NCBI GenBank assembly: GCA_038206475.1
Contig: JBBRAU010000005.1
Coordinates: 1-62,527 of the forward strand
Direction: 5' to 3'
Origin: Patescibacteria group bacterium
GTDB taxonomy: Bacteria > Patescibacteriota > UBA1384 > JBBRAU01
Length of the DNA: 62,527 nucleotides
Shown: in pieces, positions 39,613-50,630 of the stretch
Position numbering within the stretch: position 1 is the stretch's first letter
Layout of the letters: each line of letters opens with the position of its first letter
Translations under genes and position numbers: made by a program
Notes under the pieces: generated by a model
What the model saw: the letters and a program-made list of their open reading frames with translations, nothing else
What the model was told of the DNA's origin: nothing
Databases searched by the model: none

Positions 39613-39692
39613 ATTAGTCTAACATATCCCCGGATGCTGTGAATAAGAGACCAAAAAAATCCCCACCGCGATGTATTGCGGTGGGGAAGGGT

Positions 39693-40082
39693 CTACTGGC
39701 GGGCCTTTATAGCTTCGCCGAGACGCTGGCGCGCCTCAGCGAGCTTCTTCGCCGCATTAGGCAGCGGCGAAGTGGAGCCCTCAAGGCACTCCCGGGCCAT
39801 CCGGGAGCTCGATGGGCCGTACGCGGCCCGTTGCCAGCTTTCCTCTGAGAGCCGGAGGGCCCTCAGATTCAGCTTTGCCGTTTCGACCGCGTCTCGCGCG
39901 GTCTCAACGGCGTCCCCCGCCAGGGGGAAGGAGGTGGGGAGGGGTACCAGCTGGTACCCCTCCAACTTGGCCACGAGGAGAGCAATGCTCTCACTCATGA
40001 CCGTTTCGGTGAGGCTGGCGCCGGTGTTGGCGGCGTGAATCCGCCAACACCCCCCACCGCACTCCTGGGTATAGACTTTCAT
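39693..40082 (-). CDS. Orphan helical hypothetical protein
   Basis: SD AAGGGG; own promoter, leader and terminator. Confidence 0.6.
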   Translation of the reverse strand: MKVYTQECGGGCWRIHAANTGASLTETVMSESIALLVAKLEGYQLVPLPTSFPLAGDAVETARDAVETAKLNLRALRLSEESWQRAAYGPSSSRMARECLEGSTSPLPNAAKKLAEARQRLGEAIKARQ

Positions 40083-40352
40083 GGCGATTCCCCTTTAGCC
40101 ATTGCTCGGCAGACGGTGGCAGCAGGATGCTGCACAGCGTCTAGCGCCAAGCATGGCAATGCCGTATGGCATGGGTGGTTCCGGCGAGGACCGGAGCTCT
40201 GTGAAAGCAGCATACGAGGTACTGTGTGACAGCCATATTAAATTGGCCTGTCAGAAAATGTTGTGAACGAGTACCCCAGATGCTGCTTTCATTAAATTGT
40301 TCAAATTCAATCTTGCTGCTTACAGTATAGCAAATAATACAAAGATTGTCAA
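40083..40352 (-). promoter_or_regulatory. Near-consensus sigma70 promoter with a ~235 nt structured leader
   Basis: TTGACA-17-TATACT with extended TG; stems GAAAGCAGCAT/ATGCTGCTTTC, TGACAG/CTGTCA, GCTTGGC/GCCGAGC. Confidence 0.7.
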
Positions 40353-40561
40353 GCACCACACGCCTAATTAGGCGTGAATAGGGTAGATAAAACCAGCAGT
40401 TTACAGCCCGAAAGCCTTCATCCTGCTGGCACTGTGAGCATACATCAATTACCACACAAAAACAGGCGCCGAAGCGCCTGTTTTCGCTTGTTTTATCCTA
40501 TCTGCTGAGCGAGGTGCTGGCTTTGCCAGGCGCCATAGCGCCTGCTTTATATTACAGATCC

Positions 40562-40680
40562 ATCGAGAAACTGTGCAGCTTTACTGTCAGTTTCGAGCAC
40601 TGAACGGAAAGGGTGACAGCGAGTGAAGCGAGTGTCCTGAGGGGAAACCGCTGCGCAAGCCGGGGTTTCCCCTAGGAGGG
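40562..40680. repeat. REP-like palindromic element just after the nrdJ stop
   Basis: GCGAGTGAAGCGAGTG direct repeat and AGGGGAAACC/GGTTTCCCCT stem. Confidence 0.4.
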
Positions 40681-40682
40681 CT

Positions 40683-43502
40683 TTAGCCGCACTTCGAGTA
40701 GCCGCAGTCGCTGCAGGTGGGGCAGCCAGACTGCAGGACGTAGTTGGCGCTGGAGCACATTGGGCAGAGGCCGAGGTCGCCGGCGACAAAACTGGAGGTG
40801 TGTTTTTTGCCGACCGGGGCGGTCATGAGTATCGGGTTGCTTGGTGCGGCTACCACAGCGGCGTCTGGTGCAAACAGCGACTCCGTGGCGCTAACCTCGG
40901 CTGCCGCAATCGGTGCCTCATTGCTGGCAACTGAATCAGCCGCTTCAGCCGTTGACGTCTGTGCCGTCAGGGGGGATCCGGAGCTGGTCGCCAGGCCAAG
41001 TGAATTTTTGCGGTCAATGTAGCGCTCAAGCGTTTTGGCAATGGCGTCGGGCACGGACAGAATCAGCTCGCCATTTTGCCAAACCGGCGAGCTGCCGCGA
41101 ATGCCTTTTAAGTGCTTGATGATGGTTTTGACTTCGATGCCGCTCCGTAGGCTAACCGAGATCAAACGGCCGATGGCTTCAGTCAGCGAGGTTGTTTCAT
41201 TACCGGATTTGCCGATCGAAGCAAACACCTCAAACGGTCCGTGGCCATCTTCGTTAATTGTGACGAACATTTTACCCATGCCGGTGTTAATCTCTTCGGT
41301 CGTGCCGGCAATGACGGCTGGCCGCGGCCGCGGTTTAATCCTGAACTCCTCTTGGGCCTCTTGGATCGAGCGTACGCTTTGCGAGTCTGATAAAGCCGGC
41401 CCCAGCATGACGGCCGCTGGCGGCTCACCTTGCCCACTAGCGGCTGAGCCGAGAGTAGGGCCCTTGCTGGTTTTGCCGTCACACGGCACCGAAACGTTTG
41501 AATCATTATTAACCGCTTTGTTCTCGTCGACTTTCTCCAGGTTCAGCACCTGAACGTCGCGGCTCTTGTCGCGGTAGATCGTGCCGCCCTTGCAGCCCAA
41601 ATCATACATCTTCTCGTACAGCTCGCGTGTTTGCTCGATAGTGTAGCTCTCGGGCGTGTTGCAGGTTTTGGAAATGGCCGAGTCTACCCAGCGTTGGATA
41701 TCGGCTTGCACCTGCACATGCTCACTGGGCGCCAGGTCCATGGCGGTGACAAAGTAGTCAGGCAGCGTTTTGCCGACGTTCTGCTTTTGCCAGTCTTCAA
41801 CCAGTTTAATTTTTTCTTCATGCGTACCCAAGCGAGAGGTACGGAAGTAGGTCCAGGAATAAAACGGCTCAATGCCGGTTGAGGTGCCGACCATAGTGCC
41901 GATCGTGCCATTTGGCGCCTGGGTCAGCAGTGTGACGTTTCTAACGCCTTTTTCGCGGACCAGCTGGCGAATCTCTTTTGGCATGGCCTGCATGTAGCCG
42001 GACTCTAAGAATTTGTCGGCTTCAAATTGCGGGAAGGCACCCTTCTCCTCTGCCAGCTCAGCCGAGGTTTGGTAGGCTACACCGGAGATAAAGCGGTACA
42101 AGCGGTCAATGAAGGCCGACGAGTCCTCTGAGCCGTAGCGGATACCCAGCTGAATCATCATCTCGGCCAGGCCCATGGTGTTTAAGCCGACACGCCGCTC
42201 GCCCTTTTGCTGATTCTCATTTTCTTCAAAGAAGTAGGGTGTCCAATCAATGACATTATCCAAGAAGCGCACAGCGTAGCTGACGGCCTGGCGCAGCTTT
42301 TCCCAAGCCACGTCGTGGGCGGCTTCGTCGATAAATTTAGATAAGTTAATGGCACCGAGGTTGCAAACGCCCCAGGCCGGCAGCGGTTGCTCGCCACACG
42401 GATTGGTGCAGGTCAAAGGCGCAAAGTACCAGGAGTTAGACATTTTGTTGGAGCGCTCAATAAAGTACAGCCCTGGCTCAGCCGACGCCCAGGCCGACTC
42501 AATTAAGGTATCCCACAGCTCTTTAGCCCGAACCGTTTTGTAGACTTTGGTTGCTTTGCCCTTGGCCCGCCAAGCGTCTAAGTTGCCATCCCAAAGTTCG
42601 TTGTACTGAGGGTCGTCCATGTCAGGGAAGACTAAATCCCAGTCTTTATCGGCTTTGACGGCAGCCATAAAGTCGTCGGTGACGCCGATGGAAATATTGG
42701 CGTTAGTGATTTTGCCGGCTTCACGCTTGGAGTTAATGAACTCAAAGATGTCTGGGTGCCAGACATTCAAAATAAGCATCAGAGCGCCGCGCCGGCTGCC
42801 GCCTTGCTCAATTAAGCCGGTTGAGAAGCTGTACAGCGAGCCCCAAGACACTGCGCCCGAGGAGCGGCCGTTGACTCCTTTGACGTAAGCGTAGCGGGGG
42901 CGCAGCGAGGAGAGGTTAATGCCGACGCCGCCGCCGCGGGAGAAAATTTCGTTCATCTGCGACAGCGTCTGCAAAATGCCGCCGCGCGAATCGTGTGGGC
43001 TAGGGATAACGTAGCAGTTGTAGCAGGTCAACTTTTGGCTGGAGCCGGCGGTGGTTAAAATACGGCCAGCCGGCACAAACTTGTAGCCGTCCAGTAGCCA
43101 GCGGAAGTTGTTTTCCCAGGTCGTTTGGCCTTCTGGTGTGGCTTCTACGCTCGCGATACCGCGAGCAACTCTAGCCATCATTTCGACCGGCTTCGTTTCG
43201 ACTGGCACGTCAATGTGCTCAAGCAGACGCTCGATAATAGTGCCGTCACGCAGCTCAACCGTGATATTCTCACCGAGGTGTTGGGCAACCAGGCCAATTT
43301 CTCGTCGGCCGGTTTTGGTGTCTGTGCAGACGACCACCGTGTCCCCTACCTTGAGGCTCTTTTTGGTACCGTCCTTTAAGGCGTAGCGATCAAGAAAAAT
43401 CTTCTCGCCGATTGACGACAGCGAGTTATCGCCGGAAAAAATATACTCCGGCTCCGTGGCTTTGTTTACGGCGGCTATTTTGGTGCGCGCGGTTCGTGGC
43501 AT
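40683..43502 (-). CDS. nrdJ: Adenosylcobalamin-dependent (class II) ribonucleotide reductase with C-terminal TSCPD domain and zinc ribbon
   Basis: FVPAGRIL, NCYV, GGGVG, TNPCGEQ, CNLG, APNGTI, SAISKT, GCKGGTIYRD; C-terminal CPMC...CSDCGYSKC; no small-subunit gene in the window. Confidence 0.93.
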   Translation of the reverse strand: MPRTARTKIAAVNKATEPEYIFSGDNSLSSIGEKIFLDRYALKDGTKKSLKVGDTVVVCTDTKTGRREIGLVAQHLGENITVELRDGTIIERLLEHIDVPVETKPVEMMARVARGIASVEATPEGQTTWENNFRWLLDGYKFVPAGRILTTAGSSQKLTCYNCYVIPSPHDSRGGILQTLSQMNEIFSRGGGVGINLSSLRPRYAYVKGVNGRSSGAVSWGSLYSFSTGLIEQGGSRRGALMLILNVWHPDIFEFINSKREAGKITNANISIGVTDDFMAAVKADKDWDLVFPDMDDPQYNELWDGNLDAWRAKGKATKVYKTVRAKELWDTLIESAWASAEPGLYFIERSNKMSNSWYFAPLTCTNPCGEQPLPAWGVCNLGAINLSKFIDEAAHDVAWEKLRQAVSYAVRFLDNVIDWTPYFFEENENQQKGERRVGLNTMGLAEMMIQLGIRYGSEDSSAFIDRLYRFISGVAYQTSAELAEEKGAFPQFEADKFLESGYMQAMPKEIRQLVREKGVRNVTLLTQAPNGTIGTMVGTSTGIEPFYSWTYFRTSRLGTHEEKIKLVEDWQKQNVGKTLPDYFVTAMDLAPSEHVQVQADIQRWVDSAISKTCNTPESYTIEQTRELYEKMYDLGCKGGTIYRDKSRDVQVLNLEKVDENKAVNNDSNVSVPCDGKTSKGPTLGSAASGQGEPPAAVMLGPALSDSQSVRSIQEAQEEFRIKPRPRPAVIAGTTEEINTGMGKMFVTINEDGHGPFEVFASIGKSGNETTSLTEAIGRLISVSLRSGIEVKTIIKHLKGIRGSSPVWQNGELILSVPDAIAKTLERYIDRKNSLGLATSSGSPLTAQTSTAEAADSVASNEAPIAAAEVSATESLFAPDAAVVAAPSNPILMTAPVGKKHTSSFVAGDLGLCPMCSSANYVLQSGCPTCSDCGYSKCG

Positions 43503-43814
43503 GTCCCTCCTTTACCCGCTCTAATCACGACAATTGAGCGGGCCCCGTTACTTTGGCCTGCTGCGACCGGAGTACTCCCTCTTTGTGAAGCAAGAGAGTG
43601 TGGCGGAGGGCAGCCGTTGGTTTTCCTTCTCTACTATCCCAGACTAAGCGTTTCTGACAATCTGCCCAAACCACTGCTTTTTCAGTTTTGTTATGCCCAA
43701 AATTGACAAGACATTATTAAGCTATTATTCGTATGCGGATGACATCAAAGCGTAACGGACAATATAATGACAATATAAAAAAACCTGGCCTTATTTGGCC
43801 AGGCTGTAGGGCGT

Positions 43815-44228
43815 TCACTCGCCTCCGAATCCACCGAACAGCATGTGCGGCGAGGAGATCGGCCTGCTAGGCGACGTCCGCGTATACACATCCACGATCA
43901 AGCGTTTGGCCTGGAGACAGTACCAGTGATCCATATCGGACGGGATTAAGCGTGCCAGATTGGTCAGGATGACTAGCGTTGCTTGGGCGTAGTTGTCCAC
44001 TTTGCGATTGGCATTAATCGCCTGCTCCCACCCCGCGGTGATCCGGGTGATTTCGGTCAGATAGCTTCTTTCGACGCCGCCGCTCAGCCTGTTGGCGCGA
44101 TCAGACAAGTGCTCAGCGTAGACCGAAATCTGGTCCAGTGGGTTTTTGTAGCGACCGAGCATCGGTTTTACGACTTGCTCGATATACGCTTCGCCGTGAA
44201 GTGAGCTTTGGCAATTGCTGGCGTCCAT
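43815..44228 (-). CDS. Orphan hypothetical protein
   Basis: SD GGAAGGAG before ATG 44228; terminator hairpin downstream. Confidence 0.55.
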   Translation of the reverse strand: MDASNCQSSLHGEAYIEQVVKPMLGRYKNPLDQISVYAEHLSDRANRLSGGVERSYLTEITRITAGWEQAINANRKVDNYAQATLVILTNLARLIPSDMDHWYCLQAKRLIVDVYTRTSPSRPISSPHMLFGGFGGE

Positions 44229-44307
44229 CGACCTCTCCTTCCTCTCGAAGGTGCAAAACAAAAAGCGTCCGAAGACACTCTTTGTATGCACGCTTTTTTC
44301 GGAAACG

Positions 44308-44934
44308 TCAAACCTTTTTTTCGTTTTTGACGCGGATCTCTTTGCCAATTACCGTACCGTTCTCATCAATTTCGTACATGTGCACCTCGCCGGTGCCAAT
44401 TTCGTGGTTGGCAATATCGTCATCGGCGATACCCTCTAAATGTTTCATTAAGGCACGCAAAGAGTTGCCGTGGCCAGCGATGATGACATTTTTGCCGGCT
44501 TTCAAGTCGGTCAGAATGTGCTGTTCGTAGTGCGGCACGACGCGGTCATGTACCTGCTTCAAGCTTTCGCCTTCTGGAATTGGGTGGTTCCAAGCACGAC
44601 GAACGTTGGTAAACTCCTCGTCGCCCAACGTCTCTTTGGCTTCCCACTTATTTTTGCCGGTGTAGATGCCGTAATGGCGCTCTTTTATCTCTGGTGCCAC
44701 CACCGTTTCAAGCTCGGTATGGCTTAAGGCATGTTTAATCTCTTCCAGTGTTTGCTGTGCCCGTGCTAAGTCTGACACGTAGGCTTTGTGCAGCGTCAGG
44801 TCGCGCAGACCTTCCGCGGCCCGCCTGGCCTCTTCGCGGCCCGCCTCGGTCAGCGAGGTGTCCGTCCAGCCGGTCCACTTCCCTAGCGTGTTCCATTCCG
44901 AAACGCCGTGGCGGACTAACACTAAATAGGCCAT
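44308..44934 (-). CDS. gpmA: 2,3-BPG-dependent phosphoglycerate mutase
   Basis: LVLVRHGVSEWN, ERHYG, GESL, HGNSLRAL; next to eno. Confidence 0.92.
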   Translation of the reverse strand: MAYLVLVRHGVSEWNTLGKWTGWTDTSLTEAGREEARRAAEGLRDLTLHKAYVSDLARAQQTLEEIKHALSHTELETVVAPEIKERHYGIYTGKNKWEAKETLGDEEFTNVRRAWNHPIPEGESLKQVHDRVVPHYEQHILTDLKAGKNVIIAGHGNSLRALMKHLEGIADDDIANHEIGTGEVHMYEIDENGTVIGKEIRVKNEKKV

Positions 44935-44935
44935 G

Positions 44936-46270
<1,335 letters not shown>

Positions 46271-46339
46271 TCAGTTTTTACCGTAGCAGAAAATAAGGCC
46301 TTAGGCAGGCAAAAAAGACGCCGGTAGGCGCCTTTTGGG

Positions 46340-46522
46340 TTAGTGGCCGCGAGCCAGCGCGGAATCAACCGGCTTGATGGCTCCCGCAGAATGCGTCTCA
46401 TTCTGAGGGTAATGTTGGTGCTGCTTTTTTGGCGGCAGCCGGTGAAACGGCAGCTTACCGGAAATCTGCACCTGCCGCTCAGCCCGCTTGGCTGGACCGT
46501 GAGTATCGCGATTTTTGGCCAT
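46340..46522 (-). CDS. Small basic hypothetical protein
   Basis: Strong SD AGGAGG; followed by a terminator. Confidence 0.4.
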   Translation of the reverse strand: MAKNRDTHGPAKRAERQVQISGKLPFHRLPPKKQHQHYPQNETHSAGAIKPVDSALARGH

Positions 46523-46799
46523 ATGCTCCTCCTTCCATTAATACTTTCAGCGCAGTCGTCTGAACGGTGCTGACAAGTTTAGGCCAGGAGTTTGTCCAGA
46601 CTAGGGTGAAACTGAAGGGCCCAGGGGGTAAATCGGGCACTACCAGAGCGGTTGAGCCCTGGGGCTCGCCCTTATGATCCGGGACGAACATGGTGTCCAG
46701 CGTGGCCTGCGTGGCCAACGTGGCCACGCATCCAAGCACTCCCCCGAGCAGTATCTTACTCGCGGTGTGCATCCTTCTGATACGCCGGAATAGGCGCAT
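46479..46799 (-). CDS. Orphan single-TM protein (3' end possibly frameshifted)
   Basis: SD AGGAG; basic N-terminus then TM helix; overlaps the next ORF by 44 nt. Confidence 0.45.
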   Translation of the reverse strand: MRLFRRIRRMHTASKILLGGVLGCVATLATQATLDTMFVPDHKGEPQGSTALVVPDLPPGPFSFTLVWTNSWPKLVSTVQTTALKVLMEGGAYGQKSRYSRSSQAG

Positions 46800-47138
46800 G
46801 CCTGTTCTCCTGCTAAGACGGTGACACTTCGGGCAAGTGTCGAGAAGTTGTTCAGGTGGATTGCACTCCCGATGTGCAGCTTTATTATGTATTGATGACA
46901 CTATAAAACAAGTATGTCAATATTGGGCACGCCACAAAGAGTAGGGCACAATCATTTTTGGCTGTTTTGTTTGTAACAAAGCGTTTATGGGTTTGCTGTG
47001 CCGGCTACACGTGGCTCGTATATAAACATTGTCTACGCCGAGAATGATATATGACCCTGATCGTCAGAATGCCCTGGCGGTGAGGGAGCGCGCCTAGAGC
47101 TTACGGGAGGAAGCCCATGCCATAAGCTTGCCCGTCGC

Positions 47139-48569
47139 TTACTTCAGTTTACGGCGGATAAAGACAGGCACGTCCAGCTCGGAAGTATCTTCTTCAACGT
47201 CTGGGTCTTGCTGCATGGCATCATAGGCTGAGGACGGCTCAGGCGAGGCGACGTCGTAGGGCCGGGCGGTGGGGTAAACTGGTTGCGGTGGCTCGGGCTG
47301 CGGCGGCGGATCATTTGGCATTGGCCGGAAGGGGTGGAAGGGGCTTTTTTTGGCCGCCGGTGGCACCTCGGGCAGCGAGCTGCTGCGTGAAGCGTAGGGA
47401 TTAACCGGCTGCTGCTCTTCACGCCGAATCGGTGATGGCTGATTAACGTAGTGGCCGAAACCGGTTTGGGTCGGCGCCATTTGCGGCTGCCGTGACAGAT
47501 TCGCCGAGGCCGGCGAGGTCAGTTTGCGAATTGGCCGCTTCTCTTCAGCGTCAAAGCCGGTGGCGATGACGGTAATTTTAATTTCGCCTTGCATAGCCTC
47601 ATCAATAGTTGCGCCAAAGATAATATTGGCGTCTTCATCGGCCGCCTCTGTGATGGCCTTAGAGGCCTCTTCAATTTCGTACATGCCCATGTCGGCACCG
47701 CCGGTAATATTGAACAAAATACCCTTGGCGCCATCGATTGACAGTTCCAGGAGCGGAGACTCAATGGCTGCTCGGGCAGCCTCAATGGCGCGGTTATCGC
47801 CGGAGCCAAGGCCAATACCCATTAGGGCGCTGCCGGCGTCTTGCATAATGGCTCGCACGTCTGCAAAGTCCACGTTAATTAAGCCGTGCAAGGTGATTAG
47901 GTCTGAAATGCCTTGTACACCTTGGCGCAGCACGTCGTCAACAATGCCGAAGGCGTCAAACAACGAGGTTTTTTTATCGATGACTTGCAGTAGGCGGTCG
48001 TTCGGAATGGTAATCAAGGTGTCAACTTTGTCCCGCAGTTCCTGGATACCCAGCTCAGCCATTCTCTTGCGGCGGGCGCCTTCAAAACTAAATGGCTTGG
48101 TGACCACGCCGACAGTCAGCGCACCCAACTCTTTGGCGATGCCGGCCACAAATGGGGCCGCCCCGGTGCCAGTACCGCCACCCATGCCGCAGGTCACAAA
48201 TACCATGTCCGAGTTTTTCATCGCCTCATATAGCTCTTCTTTATTTTCTTCAGCGGCTTTGCGCCCAAGTTCCGGGTCAGCGCCGGCACCCAGTCCGCGC
48301 GTGGTTTCCCGGCCGATGTGAATTTTGGTCGGGGCGTCGTTGACGGCTAAGTCCTGGGCATCGGAGTTAATAGCCACAAACTCTACGCCGCGTAGGCGCG
48401 AGGAGATCATGCGTTGGACGGCACTTGAGCCGCCGCCGCCAACACCTACCACTTTAATACGGGCAATACTGGCCGTGTCGCGTTTGGTTGAATCCATATA
48501 GACGGTTCCTCCAAGGTACGGGATTGCCCCGTTAACGTCGCCTTCTCCTAAGCTGCTTTTTTTGGGCAC
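47139..48569 (-). CDS. ftsZ: Cell division protein FtsZ
   Basis: [26 protein letters not shown]-terminal [10 protein letters not shown]. Confidence 0.98.
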   Translation of the reverse strand: MPKKSSLGEGDVNGAIPYLGGTVYMDSTKRDTASIARIKVVGVGGGGSSAVQRMISSRLRGVEFVAINSDAQDLAVNDAPTKIHIGRETTRGLGAGADPELGRKAAEENKEELYEAMKNSDMVFVTCGMGGGTGTGAAPFVAGIAKELGALTVGVVTKPFSFEGARRKRMAELGIQELRDKVDTLITIPNDRLLQVIDKKTSLFDAFGIVDDVLRQGVQGISDLITLHGLINVDFADVRAIMQDAGSALMGIGLGSGDNRAIEAARAAIESPLLELSIDGAKGILFNITGGADMGMYEIEEASKAITEAADEDANIIFGATIDEAMQGEIKITVIATGFDAEEKRPIRKLTSPASANLSRQPQMAPTQTGFGHYVNQPSPIRREEQQPVNPYASRSSSLPEVPPAAKKSPFHPFRPMPNDPPPQPEPPQPVYPTARPYDVASPEPSSAYDAMQQDPDVEEDTSELDVPVFIRRKLK

Positions 48570-48765
48570 GGCGTTCTCCTTAAAACTCTTGTTTCAGGCA
48601 TAGCAAGACTTCAAGCCTGGTGCAATGAAGTTGATATGTGTCTCCAGTATATCATGCCTCGTCAACGCTATTGTGGCGCAAAAGTTTCATATACATATTG
48701 ATAGTGAAGCACTGTAAAAAATAGCCTGCGTGAGGCTATTAATACGCGCAATGAGTGAGTGAGCT

Positions 48766-50016
48766 TTATGGCAAGAAATGCTTAAACATGCCGGTGACTT
48801 TATCTATCACGCCTGAAAGGGCAGCGTTGCCCTTGCCGACGGCATGAAAACTTTGGGCTTGCACGCCAGCGTCGTCCAGTCCCCACATCATCAGGCCAAC
48901 GGCGGTGGCGTACACCGGGTCATCGGCTTTATCAATCATGCCCGACAGGTCTACTGCGGGTTGGCCAATTTGAGCCGGCAGCTTTAGCGACTCTTTGCAC
49001 AGCTCCACCACACCGTCCAGCTTGGCGCCGGAACCAGTCAGGACAATCCCTGCCGGAAGCATCCCCTCTTTTTCCACTTTTTGCAGTTCATCGCGCACCA
49101 TCAGGAATATCTCTGACAGCCGAGCCTCGATAATCTCAGCCACAAAACGGGCCTCAGTTACCTGATCGTCATTTTTATCAAATTTGGCCAGGTCGATAAT
49201 AGTTTTTTCGGAGATGCGTTCTGGCATGGCTGAGCCGTATTTAATTTTAACCAACTCAGCGGTATCAATGGTCGTTTTTAAGCCGATGGCTAAGTCGTTG
49301 GTGATGTGGGCGGAGCCAACTGGCAAAAAGACAGTGTGTAAAATATCGCCCTCTTCAAAAATGGTTAGGCTGGTTGAGTTGGCGCCGATGTCAATCAAGG
49401 CTACGCCAATTTCTTTTTGGCGCTTGGTCAACAGCAGGTTTGCTGTTGCGAGCGGTGTGTAAACCAGGCCATTAATGTGCAGGCCGGCCCGTGTGACGCA
49501 AGTAGTAATGTTTTTAATGGCATTGATTGAGCCAGAGATAACGTGCGCTTCAACCTCCAGCCGAGTACCACTCATGCCGATCGGATCGCGGATGCCTTCT
49601 TGACCGTCAATGGTAAAGCTTTTGGGGATGACGTGAATAATCTCGCGGTTGGGGTGGGCTGGAATAGCTCGGGCGGCCTCAATCACGCGATCCACATCTT
49701 GGGCCGTAATGTCGCCGTCGGCCCGCGAAACAGCGATCACGCCTTTAGACAGCACCGAGCTAACGTGGGTGCCATTTAAGCCAACGTAAGCGTCGGTGAG
49801 CGCAACGCCGGACATGCGCTCCGCTTCTTCTAAAGCGGCGCCAATAGAGGAAACGGTCTCTTCAATATCAACCACCATCCCTTTGCGGATGCCAAATGAA
49901 GGGCTTTGACCGAGGCCAATAATGTCAACGCCAATTTCGGTTCGCGTACCAACGCAAACCGCCACCTTACTAGAACCGATGTCGATGCCAACGATCGCGC
50001 TGCGTTTACTTGGCAT
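48766..50016 (-). CDS. ftsA: Cell division protein FtsA
   Basis: GIDIGSSKV, IDIGA, HITNDLAIGL, IIEARLSEI, YATAVGL, amphipathic C-terminal helix. Confidence 0.96.
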   Translation of the reverse strand: MPSKRSAIVGIDIGSSKVAVCVGTRTEIGVDIIGLGQSPSFGIRKGMVVDIEETVSSIGAALEEAERMSGVALTDAYVGLNGTHVSSVLSKGVIAVSRADGDITAQDVDRVIEAARAIPAHPNREIIHVIPKSFTIDGQEGIRDPIGMSGTRLEVEAHVISGSINAIKNITTCVTRAGLHINGLVYTPLATANLLLTKRQKEIGVALIDIGANSTSLTIFEEGDILHTVFLPVGSAHITNDLAIGLKTTIDTAELVKIKYGSAMPERISEKTIIDLAKFDKNDDQVTEARFVAEIIEARLSEIFLMVRDELQKVEKEGMLPAGIVLTGSGAKLDGVVELCKESLKLPAQIGQPAVDLSGMIDKADDPVYATAVGLMMWGLDDAGVQAQSFHAVGKGNAALSGVIDKVTGMFKHFLP

Positions 50017-50040
50017 CAGAAAGAAATTGGGATAGCACCA

Positions 50041-50586
50041 TTACATGTATTGTATACGGCTTCCGGCTGGTTGCGAAGCATTTAAGCGTCGGTCATTCGC
50101 GTATTGGCCCCTGGTGGTAAAGAGCGTGTTTGCAGTGCGGTCTCCCAGCAAGCTTTCTTGCTTCTGGTGGCTAAAGCCAATGGCCGTGCTTTCGACTTGC
50201 GGTAGGGGGCTTGGTAGGCTGCTGGGCTTGAGACGAGCTAGGTACGGCCAGAAGGTCAGAAAACCGACCACGGCAGCGATGATGGCGGCAATAAAGGTGG
50301 CGCCGGCCATAGCATCTTTAATAAAAGCCACCTGGCGGTGGTTTTCGGGGTGAACTAAATCCAGCAGCTTCTCGATAGCCGTATTGGTGATTTCGACAAT
50401 GAACACCAAAGCGACGGCGAAGAACAACACGGCTGCTTCGAGATGATTAACGCCAAAAAGATAGGCTAGGGCGCCAACTGTAATGCCGACCGTAAAGTGA
50501 ACCCGGGCGTTCTGCTCCGTTTTGAGCAATGTCAGGATGCCCTGCAGGGCGTAGCCGAACGAGCGGATGAACTTCTTCAAATCCAT
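50041..50586 (-). CDS. Diacylglycerol/undecaprenol kinase (DgkA family)
   Basis: SFGYALQGI...EQNARVH...EITNTAIEKLLD...KDAMAGA. Confidence 0.88.
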   Translation of the reverse strand: MDLKKFIRSFGYALQGILTLLKTEQNARVHFTVGITVGALAYLFGVNHLEAAVLFFAVALVFIVEITNTAIEKLLDLVHPENHRQVAFIKDAMAGATFIAAIIAAVVGFLTFWPYLARLKPSSLPSPLPQVESTAIGFSHQKQESLLGDRTANTLFTTRGQYANDRRLNASQPAGSRIQYM

Positions 50587-50630
50587 ATACCCATAGCATA
50601 GCCTGATTGGCCTGAAGCGAAAAGCCGGAT

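Noticed and set aside
40683-43502. Intein or intron in nrdJ explaining its length
   Set aside because: Catalytic motifs are contiguous; the extra length is the TSCPD domain, zinc ribbon and low-complexity linkers.
47050-47138. IS605-type right-end remnant (GGAAGCCCATGCCATAAGC)
   Set aside because: The second hairpin arm and terminal tetranucleotide are absent; too short to support a call.
47524-48321. Long antisense ORFs (e.g. 47524..48321, 8156..8830, 18651..19358)
   Set aside because: Shadow ORFs opposite well-supported genes, with no domain signal.
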